Source: Elusimicrobiota bacterium (lineage in GTDB: Bacteria > Elusimicrobiota > Elusimicrobia > UBA1565 > JACRDR01). Taken from it: a stretch of DNA of 64,000 bases. The translations under genes and the position numbers were made by a program. Under the pieces are notes generated by a model. It saw only the letters and a program-made list of their open reading frames with translations, was not told the origin of the DNA and ran no database searches. The stretch is from NCBI GenBank assembly GCA_041694815.1, contig JBGFSC010000004.1, forward strand, positions 1-64,000, in the 5' to 3' direction. How positions within the stretch are numbered: the first letter of the stretch is position 1; each line of letters opens with the position of its first letter. Of this stretch, positions 46,519-59,330 are shown piece by piece.

Positions 46519-47426
46519 TTGTTTCCCGTCGTGGAATTAGGGATGTTGGCAGCGGTCTGCTTGAGAGCGTCGAGCTCGGTTAGGGCGCGTTGCAGGGAAG
46601 CCTGGGCGGCCTTTAGGGATTCTTTCGCGGCCCCGAGCTTGGAGTCGGACACCCACACATCGTCTCCCGAGATGGTTGTCGTGGTGCCATCGGCATTCTG
46701 AATCGTCGTGTCGCCAGTATAATAAGTCGCTTGATCGTACGCTTTTCGGGCGATATCATTCGTACCGCGATTTTGCGCCAAGAGATTCTGCGCGTCGGCT
46801 AAGGCATGCGTGGCCTCCGGCGAGCAGTCGGGAGCGGTTTGGAACGCGGTTTTGACGGCACCTTGGGCCGCATGTTGAGCGTCGCGTGCGCGGCCGATCG
46901 CGTTCTTGGAATCATAGGGGCTTGCCCTGGAGCCGCGTTCAGTATGGACGCTCTTATCCAATGTTTGCACGGCGGATTCGCTTTTCCCGACGGCGTTGGC
47001 CGTCTGGGATATGGCGTTCTGGGTCAATTCGCAGGGGTCGGTGATCTTTGTCCCGCCCCCGCAGGCGCTTAGCAGGCCCAGCGCGAGTAATCCGACCATG
47101 AGCGCCGCCGCTACCCGGCGGCCCAGGCCGGGTCGTTTTTGAGATCGAACATTCGCGGGCGCCGGAGGCTGTGATTTTGATCGGAGTTGCGAGGCCTGCT
47201 GTGGGGCCCCGCCGACGGATGATCCCGACGCGTTGCCGAGGTTCACAGACGGATCTCGTGGCCCGATCTGCGTCCCCTCAAATGTTGGCCGCGACGCGAC
47301 GGCCTGCTCTTCAAGGGAGCCGCTCGGTTCGGCGGAAATGACCGTGGGGGTTAGGGCGAGCGTGATGATTAAAAAGCCAGAGAGTTTTATTGCAAAAACA
47401 GCCGTCGGGATATTTCCTTTGTTCAT
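46515..47426 (-). CDS. Dual-signal putative lipoprotein, paralog 1
   Basis: Sec signal, EEQAVASRPTFEG, internal LLSA-C lipobox; ATG at 47426 with RBS GGGAG. Confidence 0.8.
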   Translation of the reverse strand: MNKGNIPTAVFAIKLSGFLIITLALTPTVISAEPSGSLEEQAVASRPTFEGTQIGPRDPSVNLGNASGSSVGGAPQQASQLRSKSQPPAPANVRSQKRPGLGRRVAAALMVGLLALGLLSACGGGTKITDPCELTQNAISQTANAVGKSESAVQTLDKSVHTERGSRASPYDSKNAIGRARDAQHAAQGAVKTAFQTAPDCSPEATHALADAQNLLAQNRGTNDIARKAYDQATYYTGDTTIQNADGTTTTISGDDVWVSDSKLGAAKESLKAAQASLQRALTELDALKQTAANIPNSTTGNK

Positions 47427-47436
47427 CGATCTCCCG

Positions 47437-48213
47437 CTATTTGCCGTCGAGCTTCTGCCCCAGCAGGCGGCCGATTTTCCCAATGAGCCGGGAACCCTTG
47501 ACGGCGCCTATCACAGTCCCGACGAGCGACGCCAAGGCCACGAGTTGCATGAGTCCCTCGGCCCCACCAACCAAACTGAGAAGCGATGCCGCCATGAACG
47601 ATACGGTCAGCACAGCTCCGCCACCCAGCACCAGACCCAAGAAGCCGCCCAGCTTTTCCAGAACTCCCGCCCAAGTGAGGAAGGGAGGCCCAGGCTCCTT
47701 GCCGATCTTCCTGGCGAGCCAGGCCCCGAGATGGCCGCCTATCATGAAGCCGCCAGTGCCGCCGATTCCCAAGCCCAGGAGAAATAGGACGGGCGCCACT
47801 ATGAAAAGCAGTCCTATGAGCGCAAAACCGGCCCCCTCATTGTAGGGCGCATTGGGGTTGGTGAGGTAGGAGACGTTGGCCGCGACGGTATGCACCGCCC
47901 AGCCCGCGCCGGCAATAGCTCCGGACAGCATGCCGACAGCTTTTCCTGTGTCTCGCCCGAACTTGCTCTTGGGACCCTCCTCAGAGGGAGGCTCTGGCGG
48001 CTCGGAGCAATCGAGCGCCCGCCGTCCCGCCGTAACCGGAGCCACGGGGCGCGCCAATTTAAGCGCTTCGCGGATCGATGGCGCCTCAGGCGCGGATCCA
48101 TTAACCTTGTTATGGTCGAAGAGTTGAGCGGCCGCTGCAGCATCCTTCTCTGGGACCTGCGCCCCGGCGAGGCTTGGGCCGAGCAGAAAAATGATAAATA
48201 ACGCGTCCTTCAT
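47437..48213 (-). CDS. Secreted glycine-zipper membrane protein
   Basis: Signal peptide, AAQLFD leader, Pro-rich linker, multiple GxxxG hydrophobic helices. Confidence 0.75.
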   Translation of the reverse strand: MKDALFIIFLLGPSLAGAQVPEKDAAAAAQLFDHNKVNGSAPEAPSIREALKLARPVAPVTAGRRALDCSEPPEPPSEEGPKSKFGRDTGKAVGMLSGAIAGAGWAVHTVAANVSYLTNPNAPYNEGAGFALIGLLFIVAPVLFLLGLGIGGTGGFMIGGHLGAWLARKIGKEPGPPFLTWAGVLEKLGGFLGLVLGGGAVLTVSFMAASLLSLVGGAEGLMQLVALASLVGTVIGAVKGSRLIGKIGRLLGQKLDGK

Positions 48214-48258
48214 GAAGGCCTCCAATTCCTGTCCAGCTATGGCTCCTTTGCGTCTAGG

Positions 48259-48348
48259 ATTGTATCCGTCCCTCTATAATCTCGAAAAGAAGCGAAAGGC
48301 CTAAACCCCTAGAGTCTTTCGACCCACGAGAAAAAGGGCTAAAGGCCT
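48259..48348 (-). promoter_or_regulatory. Triple-box promoter
   Basis: -10 TACAAT (48259-48264); boxes at 48289, 48312 and 48335 (AGGGCTAAAGGCCT), 23-bp period. Confidence 0.65.
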
Positions 48349-48371
48349 ATATTCTCCAACGCAACCTTATC

Positions 48372-48400
48372 TTGACTTCACTAAGAGATCGCGGTATACT
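48372..48400 (+). promoter_or_regulatory. Sigma70 promoter of the TA operon
   Basis: TTGACT-17 bp-TATACT; GTAC-containing imperfect palindromes downstream. Confidence 0.8.
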
Positions 48401-48434
48401 GGAGATACTTTAAACAGTACATTTGGAGGTACTA

Positions 48435-48713
48435 ATGGAGATTCATCCCCGTCAGGGCGTCCAGCCGATTTCCGACTTCCGCAAGGACAGCGCTCGAGTG
48501 CTAAAGCTGCTCCGCGAACGCCGGGAGCCGGTGATTTTGACCCAGAGAGGCCGTTCGGTGGCTGTCCTATTGGACGTTGAAACCTATGAGCGGTTGGAAT
48601 ATGCCTCGGGTTTGAGGGCCTCCTACATGAGAGGCGTCGAAGATCTCAAGCGGGGGCGGGCTCGCCCGCATGAGGAGGTCGCCAAAGAGGTGTTGGGCCG
48701 TCTTCGCGCATGA
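48435..48713 (+). CDS. Phd/YefM family antitoxin
   Basis: PISDFRK, PVILTQRGRSVAVLLDVETYE. Confidence 0.92.
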   Translation: MEIHPRQGVQPISDFRKDSARVLKLLRERREPVILTQRGRSVAVLLDVETYERLEYASGLRASYMRGVEDLKRGRARPHEEVAKEVLGRLRA

Positions 48714-49015
48714 AACGATGTTCCGTCCGCTGGTCCGCCGAGGCTATCGGCAACCTGCGGGCGATCATCGAGCATATCGCCGTTGACTCGCCCTCCCGCG
48801 CGCATGCTTTCGCGGAAAAATTGCTTCAAAGCGCGGCGCGCCTGGGCGCCTTTCCTGGCTCCGGAAGGAGGGTGCCTGAACTTGCAGACCAGATTCCGCC
48901 ACCCCGCGAGATTTTGGTCGGGGAGTATAGGCTGCTTTACCGGGAGGGCGCCCGTGGCGTGGAAATCGTCACGATCGTCCATGGCCGCAGGCTGCTGCCG
49001 CGGTTCCGGGAATAG
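48710..49015 (+). CDS. RelE/ParE family toxin
   Basis: VRWSAEA, FPGSGRRVPE, REILVGEYRLLY, IVHGRR; ATGA overlap. Confidence 0.92.
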   Translation: MKRCSVRWSAEAIGNLRAIIEHIAVDSPSRAHAFAEKLLQSAARLGAFPGSGRRVPELADQIPPPREILVGEYRLLYREGARGVEIVTIVHGRRLLPRFRE

Positions 49016-49054
49016 TCCTAGGCGCACTCCCTCCTTATTTGTTATTCTAGGCTC

Positions 49055-50161
49055 ATGATCTCCACGGAGCTCAGGCGCACGGCCCTTCAGGGGGTCCAGA
49101 GGCCATTGGGAGCCAAATGGGTGGACTTCCACGGCTGGGAGCTGCCGATTCAGTTCTCCTCCATCCTTCAGGAGCACAAGGCGGTGCGCGCCGCCTGCGG
49201 GCTCTTCGACGTCTCCCATATGGGGCAGATCTTCGTCGAAGGACCGAAAGCGCTGGATTTTCTTCAGAAAGTCAACGCCAACGATATCTCCAAGATCGCT
49301 CCCGGCAAGGCAATTTATTCGCATCTGCTCAACCCGAAGGGGGGGGTAGTCGACGACGTGATCATCTCCTGCCTCGCCCCGGCGAGGTACCTGGTCGTAG
49401 TCAACGCCGCGACCACGGACAAGGACGCGGCCTGGTTCAAGGAGAACCTGCCCGCGGCCGGGGTCTCCCTTGGAAACCGCAGCGACGAGCTCTCGATGAT
49501 GGCGCTGCAGGGCCCCGCCGCCGCGCGGGTGATGGAAGCCTTTGCCCCGGAGGCCGTGCGCCTGCCCCGCTTCGGCGCGATGGAGGCCCAGCTCTTCGGC
49601 CAGCCCTGCGTGATCACGCGCACGGGCTACACCGGCGAGGACGGCTTCGAGATCATCGCCCCCAACGAGATCGGCTCGAGGATATGGCAGGACCTGCTGG
49701 CCGTCGGCGGGTCCTTCGGAATACTGCCCTGCGGGCTGGGCGCGCGGGACACGCTACGCCTGGAGGCCGGCTACCTGCTCTACGGGCAGGACATCGATGA
49801 CGAGCATACGCCCCTGGAGGCCAATTACGGCTTGGTGGTCAAATTCGACAAGGGCGAATTCATCGGGCGGCAGGCGCTGCTCCAGCAGAAGCGCGAGGGG
49901 ATCAAGCGCAAATTGACCGGCGTCGAGCTGACCGAGGCGGGCGTCCCGCGCCCCGGCGCCGTCGTCTCGGCGGAGGGGAAGGCCTTGGGCAAGCTGCTCA
50001 GCGCCACCTATTCCCCGACGTTGCAAAAGGGGATCGGCGTGGGCTATCTCGACGACCCGGGGCTTCCCGCGGGCAGGGCGGTCTCGGTCTCCCTCCATGG
50101 GCGGCAGGCCGCCGGCGCGGTGGCCGCGGTCCCATTCTACAAGAGGACAGGAGCTTGCTGA
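49055..50161 (+). CDS. gcvT: Glycine cleavage system T protein
   Basis: GLFDVSHMG, RTGYTGEDGFE, GLGARDTLRLEAG. Confidence 0.97.
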   Translation: MISTELRRTALQGVQRPLGAKWVDFHGWELPIQFSSILQEHKAVRAACGLFDVSHMGQIFVEGPKALDFLQKVNANDISKIAPGKAIYSHLLNPKGGVVDDVIISCLAPARYLVVVNAATTDKDAAWFKENLPAAGVSLGNRSDELSMMALQGPAAARVMEAFAPEAVRLPRFGAMEAQLFGQPCVITRTGYTGEDGFEIIAPNEIGSRIWQDLLAVGGSFGILPCGLGARDTLRLEAGYLLYGQDIDDEHTPLEANYGLVVKFDKGEFIGRQALLQQKREGIKRKLTGVELTEAGVPRPGAVVSAEGKALGKLLSATYSPTLQKGIGVGYLDDPGLPAGRAVSVSLHGRQAAGAVAAVPFYKRTGAC

Positions 50162-50550
50162 TGGCATCTCCCGATCGCTGCAGATTCGCGAAGTCGCATG
50201 AGTGGGTGGCCGTCGAAGGTGACACGGCGACGGTCGGGATATCCGACCACGCTCAGCGCGAGATCACGGACGTCGTTTTCGTCGAGCTGCCAAAGGTCGG
50301 GCGCAGCGTCAAGGCCGGAGAGGCATGCGCCGTCGTGGAATCGGTCAAGGCGGCCTTCGACATCTACGCCCCAATCTCGGGAACGGTAAGCTCCGTCAAT
50401 CCCGCCATCGTCAAGGATCCAGGCTTGGTCAACCAGTCGCCCCATGACAAGGGCTGGTTTTTCACGCTCAAGCCTTCGGCGCCGAAGGAGCTCGACGGCC
50501 TCATGGAGCTGCGACAGTACGAAGATTTCATCAAAACGGCCGCGCACTGA
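50161..50550 (+). CDS. gcvH: Glycine cleavage system H protein
   Basis: [12 protein letters not shown], lipoyl motif VESVKAA. Confidence 0.97.
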   Translation: MASPDRCRFAKSHEWVAVEGDTATVGISDHAQREITDVVFVELPKVGRSVKAGEACAVVESVKAAFDIYAPISGTVSSVNPAIVKDPGLVNQSPHDKGWFFTLKPSAPKELDGLMELRQYEDFIKTAAH

Positions 50551-50554
50551 ACCA

Positions 50555-53452
<2,898 letters not shown>

Positions 53453-53540
53453 AGACGTTTAAATTTCCCCTTTTACCAGCGGCTACTCCTTGATAAGAGG
53501 CGGTAGAGGCCTTATACTCCTTGCGTCCAAGGAGGAGGGA

Positions 53541-53771
53541 ATGAAAGCGTTTGTCCTTTGCCGTCTGGTGGCGGGCTTGGAGCAGAAGGCGCTGGCCCAG
53601 ATCCGCAGCATCAAGGGGGTCAACGACGTTTATTTGACCTTCGGTCATTGGGACGCCGTCCTGAGCGCCGAGGCCGACACCATCGACAAGCTCAGCGGGC
53701 TGATCGTGCGCGAGGTGCGGGGCATTCACGGGGTGCAGAGCACCGAGACCCTCGTCACCACTAATCTTTAG
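53541..53771 (+). CDS. Stand-alone Lrp/AsnC ligand-binding (RAM) domain protein
   Basis: AFVL...GVNDVYLTFGHWD...GVQSTETL; RBS AGGAGG. Confidence 0.88.
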   Translation: MKAFVLCRLVAGLEQKALAQIRSIKGVNDVYLTFGHWDAVLSAEADTIDKLSGLIVREVRGIHGVQSTETLVTTNL

Positions 53772-53849
53772 CCGACCGTTTTTGACGCCTATTGACTGGG
53801 AGTCGAATGACGTCCCGCGGGGAAATGTTGTATAGTGGGCGCGTTCCGC

Positions 53850-54496
53850 ATGAGGTGGTTTTTCCCTTTCCTGACTTCATCGATCGGCAAGAAACTGCAG
53901 GTCGCCGCCGCGGGGCTGCTGTTGTGCGTATTCCTCGTATCCCATCTGGCCGGCAATCTTCTTCTCTATTTCGGCCCCGAAACGTTTAACCTGTACGCTG
54001 AAAAGCTGGCTAAAAATATATTCCTGCCCATCGCCGAAGTAGGATTGTTGGCCCTCTTCCTGCTCCATATCGCCTCCGCCCTTTGGGTACGTTATGAGGA
54101 TATCAAGGCCCGTCCCGTGCCGTATCAGAGCTACCGGTCGTTGGGGGGGCGCAGCCTCGGGTCGAGGACGATGGCCGCCTCGGGCATCCTGCTGTTGGCG
54201 TTTTTGATCGTCCACGTCAAGACCTTCCGCTTCACCCCCAACGAGAACCTCTACTACCACGTCATCGGCAGCTTCAGGAGCGTCCCCTACGCCCTGTTTT
54301 ACCTCGCCGCCATGGCGGCGTTGGGGCTGCACTTGAGCCACGGCGTGCAAAGCGCTTTCCGCACTTTCGGTGTCGAGCACCCGAAATATACCCCCGCCAT
54401 CGAGCGCGCCGGCTGGGCCTTCGCGGGCGTCATCGCGGCGGGATTCGCCTCGATCGTGGTCTGGGCCGGCTGGTTCGCCGCGAGAAGCTGCTGCCA

Positions 54497-54500
<4 letters not shown>
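53850..54500 (+). CDS. sdhC: Succinate dehydrogenase cytochrome b subunit
   Basis: SSIGKK, HLAGNL, HLSHG; five TMs. Confidence 0.92.
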
Positions 54501-56434
<1,934 letters not shown>

Positions 56435-56435
56435 C

Positions 56436-57185
56436 ATGAACCTCACGCTGCGGGTCTGGCGGCAGAAGGATTCCTCCTCCCCCGGACGGATGGTCGCCTA
56501 CGAGGCCGGCGGGGTTTCCCCCGATATGTCTTTCTTGGAGATGCTCGATACCGTCAACGAGGCGCTTATCCGCAAGGGGGAGGACCCGATCGCCTTCGAC
56601 CACGACTGCCGCGAGGGCATCTGCGGCATGTGCAGCCTCGTCATCAACGGGCAGGCCCACGGCCCGGAGAGGAACTCGACCGTCTGCCAGCTGCACATGC
56701 GCCATTTCAAGGACGGCGATACCATCACCATCGAGCCGTGGCGCGCCCGCGCCTTCCCGGTGGTCAAGGACTTGGTCATCGACCGATCCTCCTTCGACCG
56801 GATCATGCAGAAGGGCGGCTACGTGTCCGTGCCCACCGGCTCGGCGCCCGACGGCAACTGCCTGCTCGTGCCGAAGGGGCGCTCCGAGGCGGCGATGGAC
56901 GCTGCGGCCTGCATTGGCTGCGGCGCCTGCGTGGCGGCCTGCCCGAACGCCTCGGCGACGCTGTTCGTCGCCGCCAAGATATCCCATTTGGCCCTGCTCC
57001 CCCAAGGGGGGCCCGAGCGCGAGCGCCGCGCGGCGTCCATGACGAGAGCCATGCAGGAGGAGGGCTTCGGGCATTGCACGCACGAGGCCGAATGCGAGGC
57101 GGCCTGCCCGAAGGGCATCAAGCTCTCCAACATCGCGCGCATGAACCGCGAGTTCCTCCGCGCCAGCCTCCTGTCGCGTGAATGA
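56436..57185 (+). CDS. sdhB: Succinate dehydrogenase iron-sulfur subunit
   Basis: [33 protein letters not shown]. Confidence 0.96.
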   Translation: MNLTLRVWRQKDSSSPGRMVAYEAGGVSPDMSFLEMLDTVNEALIRKGEDPIAFDHDCREGICGMCSLVINGQAHGPERNSTVCQLHMRHFKDGDTITIEPWRARAFPVVKDLVIDRSSFDRIMQKGGYVSVPTGSAPDGNCLLVPKGRSEAAMDAAACIGCGACVAACPNASATLFVAAKISHLALLPQGGPERERRAASMTRAMQEEGFGHCTHEAECEAACPKGIKLSNIARMNREFLRASLLSRE

Positions 57186-57255
57186 TTCGCGTCGGACGCC
57201 TAGACGAAGATATTCCCCTCATTTTGAGCGCTTCACGTCCCGCCAGGCGCCGAGA

Positions 57256-57618
57256 CTAGACCTTTTCATCCCATAGTCCGCGGCGCTTGGGCTTTTCGAT
57301 CCATCGCGCGGCTACCATATCTCCCAGATGTCGCCGGGCCCGGGGCAAAATCACAAGGTCGCAGAGCATCGCGTCAAGCAGTCGCCGCAAGGTCGAGACT
57401 TGGACGTCTATCCGGCCTTTTTCAAGGCGGGCTATATGGGCCTGCGGCACTTTTGCCCGCTGAGCTAGGATTCGTTGAGGCATTAAGAGCTTTACGCGCA
57501 GGGCCCCAACGAGTGGGCCAGGCTCAAGGGGCTCCGGTAGCTGTAGATGTTCCGCATAAATGAGCGCCTGATGCAAGCTGCGGCGCTGGCGGATCGAGAT
57601 AAAGGATTGTCGGCCCAT
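57256..57618 (-). CDS. XRE-family HTH protein
   Basis: QRILAQRAKVPQAHIARLEKG...TLRRLLDAM. Confidence 0.8.
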   Translation of the reverse strand: MGRQSFISIRQRRSLHQALIYAEHLQLPEPLEPGPLVGALRVKLLMPQRILAQRAKVPQAHIARLEKGRIDVQVSTLRRLLDAMLCDLVILPRARRHLGDMVAARWIEKPKRRGLWDEKV

Positions 57619-57658
57619 GCCATTAATACGAATTGCCGCTGATTTAGTTCCATGGACT

Positions 57659-57822
57659 TAGAAGCCATCCCAAAACCCGGTTGCGCCTGCAAACGCGGCT
57701 TTCGGCCTGCGCCTGCGTCGCTCCTCGCTTGCGTACCTTTCAGGTACGCAGCGCTCGTCGCTCCTTGAATCGGCTCGAAATTCGCGTTTTCGCGTTTCAA
57801 CCGGGTTTTAGGGTGGCTTCTA
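57659..57822. mobile_element. 164-bp MITE-like palindromic element
   Basis: 25-bp terminal inverted repeats (23/25), nested inner inverted repeats, TTAG/CTAG flanks. Confidence 0.75.
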
Positions 57823-57969
57823 GTCAACCACTCGCGAATCCTTCTAGCTTTAATATGTTTAAGCGCATAAATCCCAGAAGGATTTTGAGTGCCTTATCTA
57901 CATAGCGGACGATCGCTCGACTCGGTGGGGCGCATTTTGTACACTTCCGTGCGATATTTTCGCGCTCCT

Positions 57970-58401
57970 ATGGAGAAAAAAACGCAGCCTCGGCCCGGCG
58001 AAGGCAAGGTGGTGATGGTCGTCGACGATGACGAATCCATCCGCGAGCTGCTGGAGTACGTGGTCAAGAAGGAGGGCTTTGGCGTCGTCAAGGCCGTCGA
58101 CGGCGAGGACGCCCTCCGGAAGATCGACGAGGCCTCGCCGCATTTGATCCTCCTGGACCTGATGCTGCCTCGCTACGGGGGATTCGAGGTGCTGCGCAAG
58201 CTCCAGGCCGGCCCCACGGCCAGCATTCCGATCGTCGTCGTCACGGGCCGCTATACCGAGCGGACGACGATGGAAATGATCCGCCAGGAATCGAACGTCG
58301 TCGAGTTCCTGGAGAAGCCGCTCAAGACCCCGGTGCTGGCGGCGCTGCTCCACCGCATTTTGGGCGGCGAGCCGGCCGGCTCGAAGCCGGCCAAGGGCTG
58401 A
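57970..58401 (+). CDS. Stand-alone response regulator receiver
   Basis: VVDDDE, LLDLMLP, TG, KP. Confidence 0.93.
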   Translation: MEKKTQPRPGEGKVVMVVDDDESIRELLEYVVKKEGFGVVKAVDGEDALRKIDEASPHLILLDLMLPRYGGFEVLRKLQAGPTASIPIVVVTGRYTERTTMEMIRQESNVVEFLEKPLKTPVLAALLHRILGGEPAGSKPAKG

Positions 58402-58402
58402 C

Positions 58403-58855
58403 ATGGAAGAACAGGGCGCGCTGGCCGATCCCAAGGAGAAGCTGATCCTCATCGTCGACGACGACGAAAGCATCCTGGACCTCATGGAGCACGTCGTCAA
58501 GAAGGAGGGCTTCCGCGTCGAGCGCGGCTCCGACGGGCAGGAGGCGGTCAGCAAGGCGCAGGCCTTGAACCCCGATTTGATCATACTGGACTTCATGCTC
58601 CCGGGGATGGGCGGCTACGAGGTCGTCAAGGAGCTCCAAGGCGAGCGCTCCGCGATCCCCATCCTCGTCATCACGGGCCGGCACCTCGACCGCCAGTCGA
58701 TCGACATGGTCAAGCGCGAGAGCAACGTCCGGGAATTCATGGAGAAGCCGATCAAGCCCGTGCTCTTGGGCGCCACCCTGCACCGTATCCTCAAGACCCG
58801 CCCGCCCGAGATAAACCGCGCCGCCGACCGCGGGCCCTTGGGCGGCCGGTGGTGA
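58403..58855 (+). CDS. Stand-alone response regulator receiver (tandem paralog)
   Basis: IVDDDE, ILDFMLP, TG, KP. Confidence 0.93.
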   Translation: MEEQGALADPKEKLILIVDDDESILDLMEHVVKKEGFRVERGSDGQEAVSKAQALNPDLIILDFMLPGMGGYEVVKELQGERSAIPILVITGRHLDRQSIDMVKRESNVREFMEKPIKPVLLGATLHRILKTRPPEINRAADRGPLGGRW

Positions 58856-58904
58856 CGCTCGCCCCTCCCGCGGGGAAGCGAGTAGCCGAGGGGAATCGTC
58901 CTTC

Positions 58905-59330
58905 ATGAAGTGGTTGTTGTTGCCGTTAGTTCTCTACGGCCTCGCCGCCGCGGACCTCGCCCTTCGCGCTCGGCGCGCCTGCGCCGAGGGAGAGAAATAC
59001 ATGCTTTGGCATTCGGACCCGGCCTCCAAGCGCGGCTTTTACGAGGCCCTGCTCGCACGGCGCAAATCGGAGCTCTTAGCCGAGCGCGAGTCGGGCTTGG
59101 GTGAAGCGCAGTACCGTCGCAAGCTGGCGTTGGCCGAGGTGGAGAAGGAGCACGCCGTCTCCGAGAGCTCGCTTAAATTCGCCGTGCGGTGGTTTGAGAC
59201 CTGCGCCGACCTTTTCTCGCCGCCGGAGAACCCTTGGGTGCGACGCTGCCGCCGCCGCCTCGAGGAGGCGCGGGTACAATGGGACCGCGAGCTGCGCTCC
59301 GCCAAGGTCCCAGAGCCCCGGCCGCGTTGA
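58905..59330 (+). CDS. Hypothetical membrane-anchored protein
   Basis: N-terminal hydrophobic helix; operon context. Confidence 0.65.
   Translation: MKWLLLPLVLYGLAAADLALRARRACAEGEKYMLWHSDPASKRGFYEALLARRKSELLAERESGLGEAQYRRKLALAEVEKEHAVSESSLKFAVRWFETCADLFSPPENPWVRRCRRRLEEARVQWDRELRSAKVPEPRPR

Noticed and set aside
49016..49054. Glycine riboswitch before gcvT
   Set aside because: Only 39 bp of intergenic sequence, and the gene looks leaderless.
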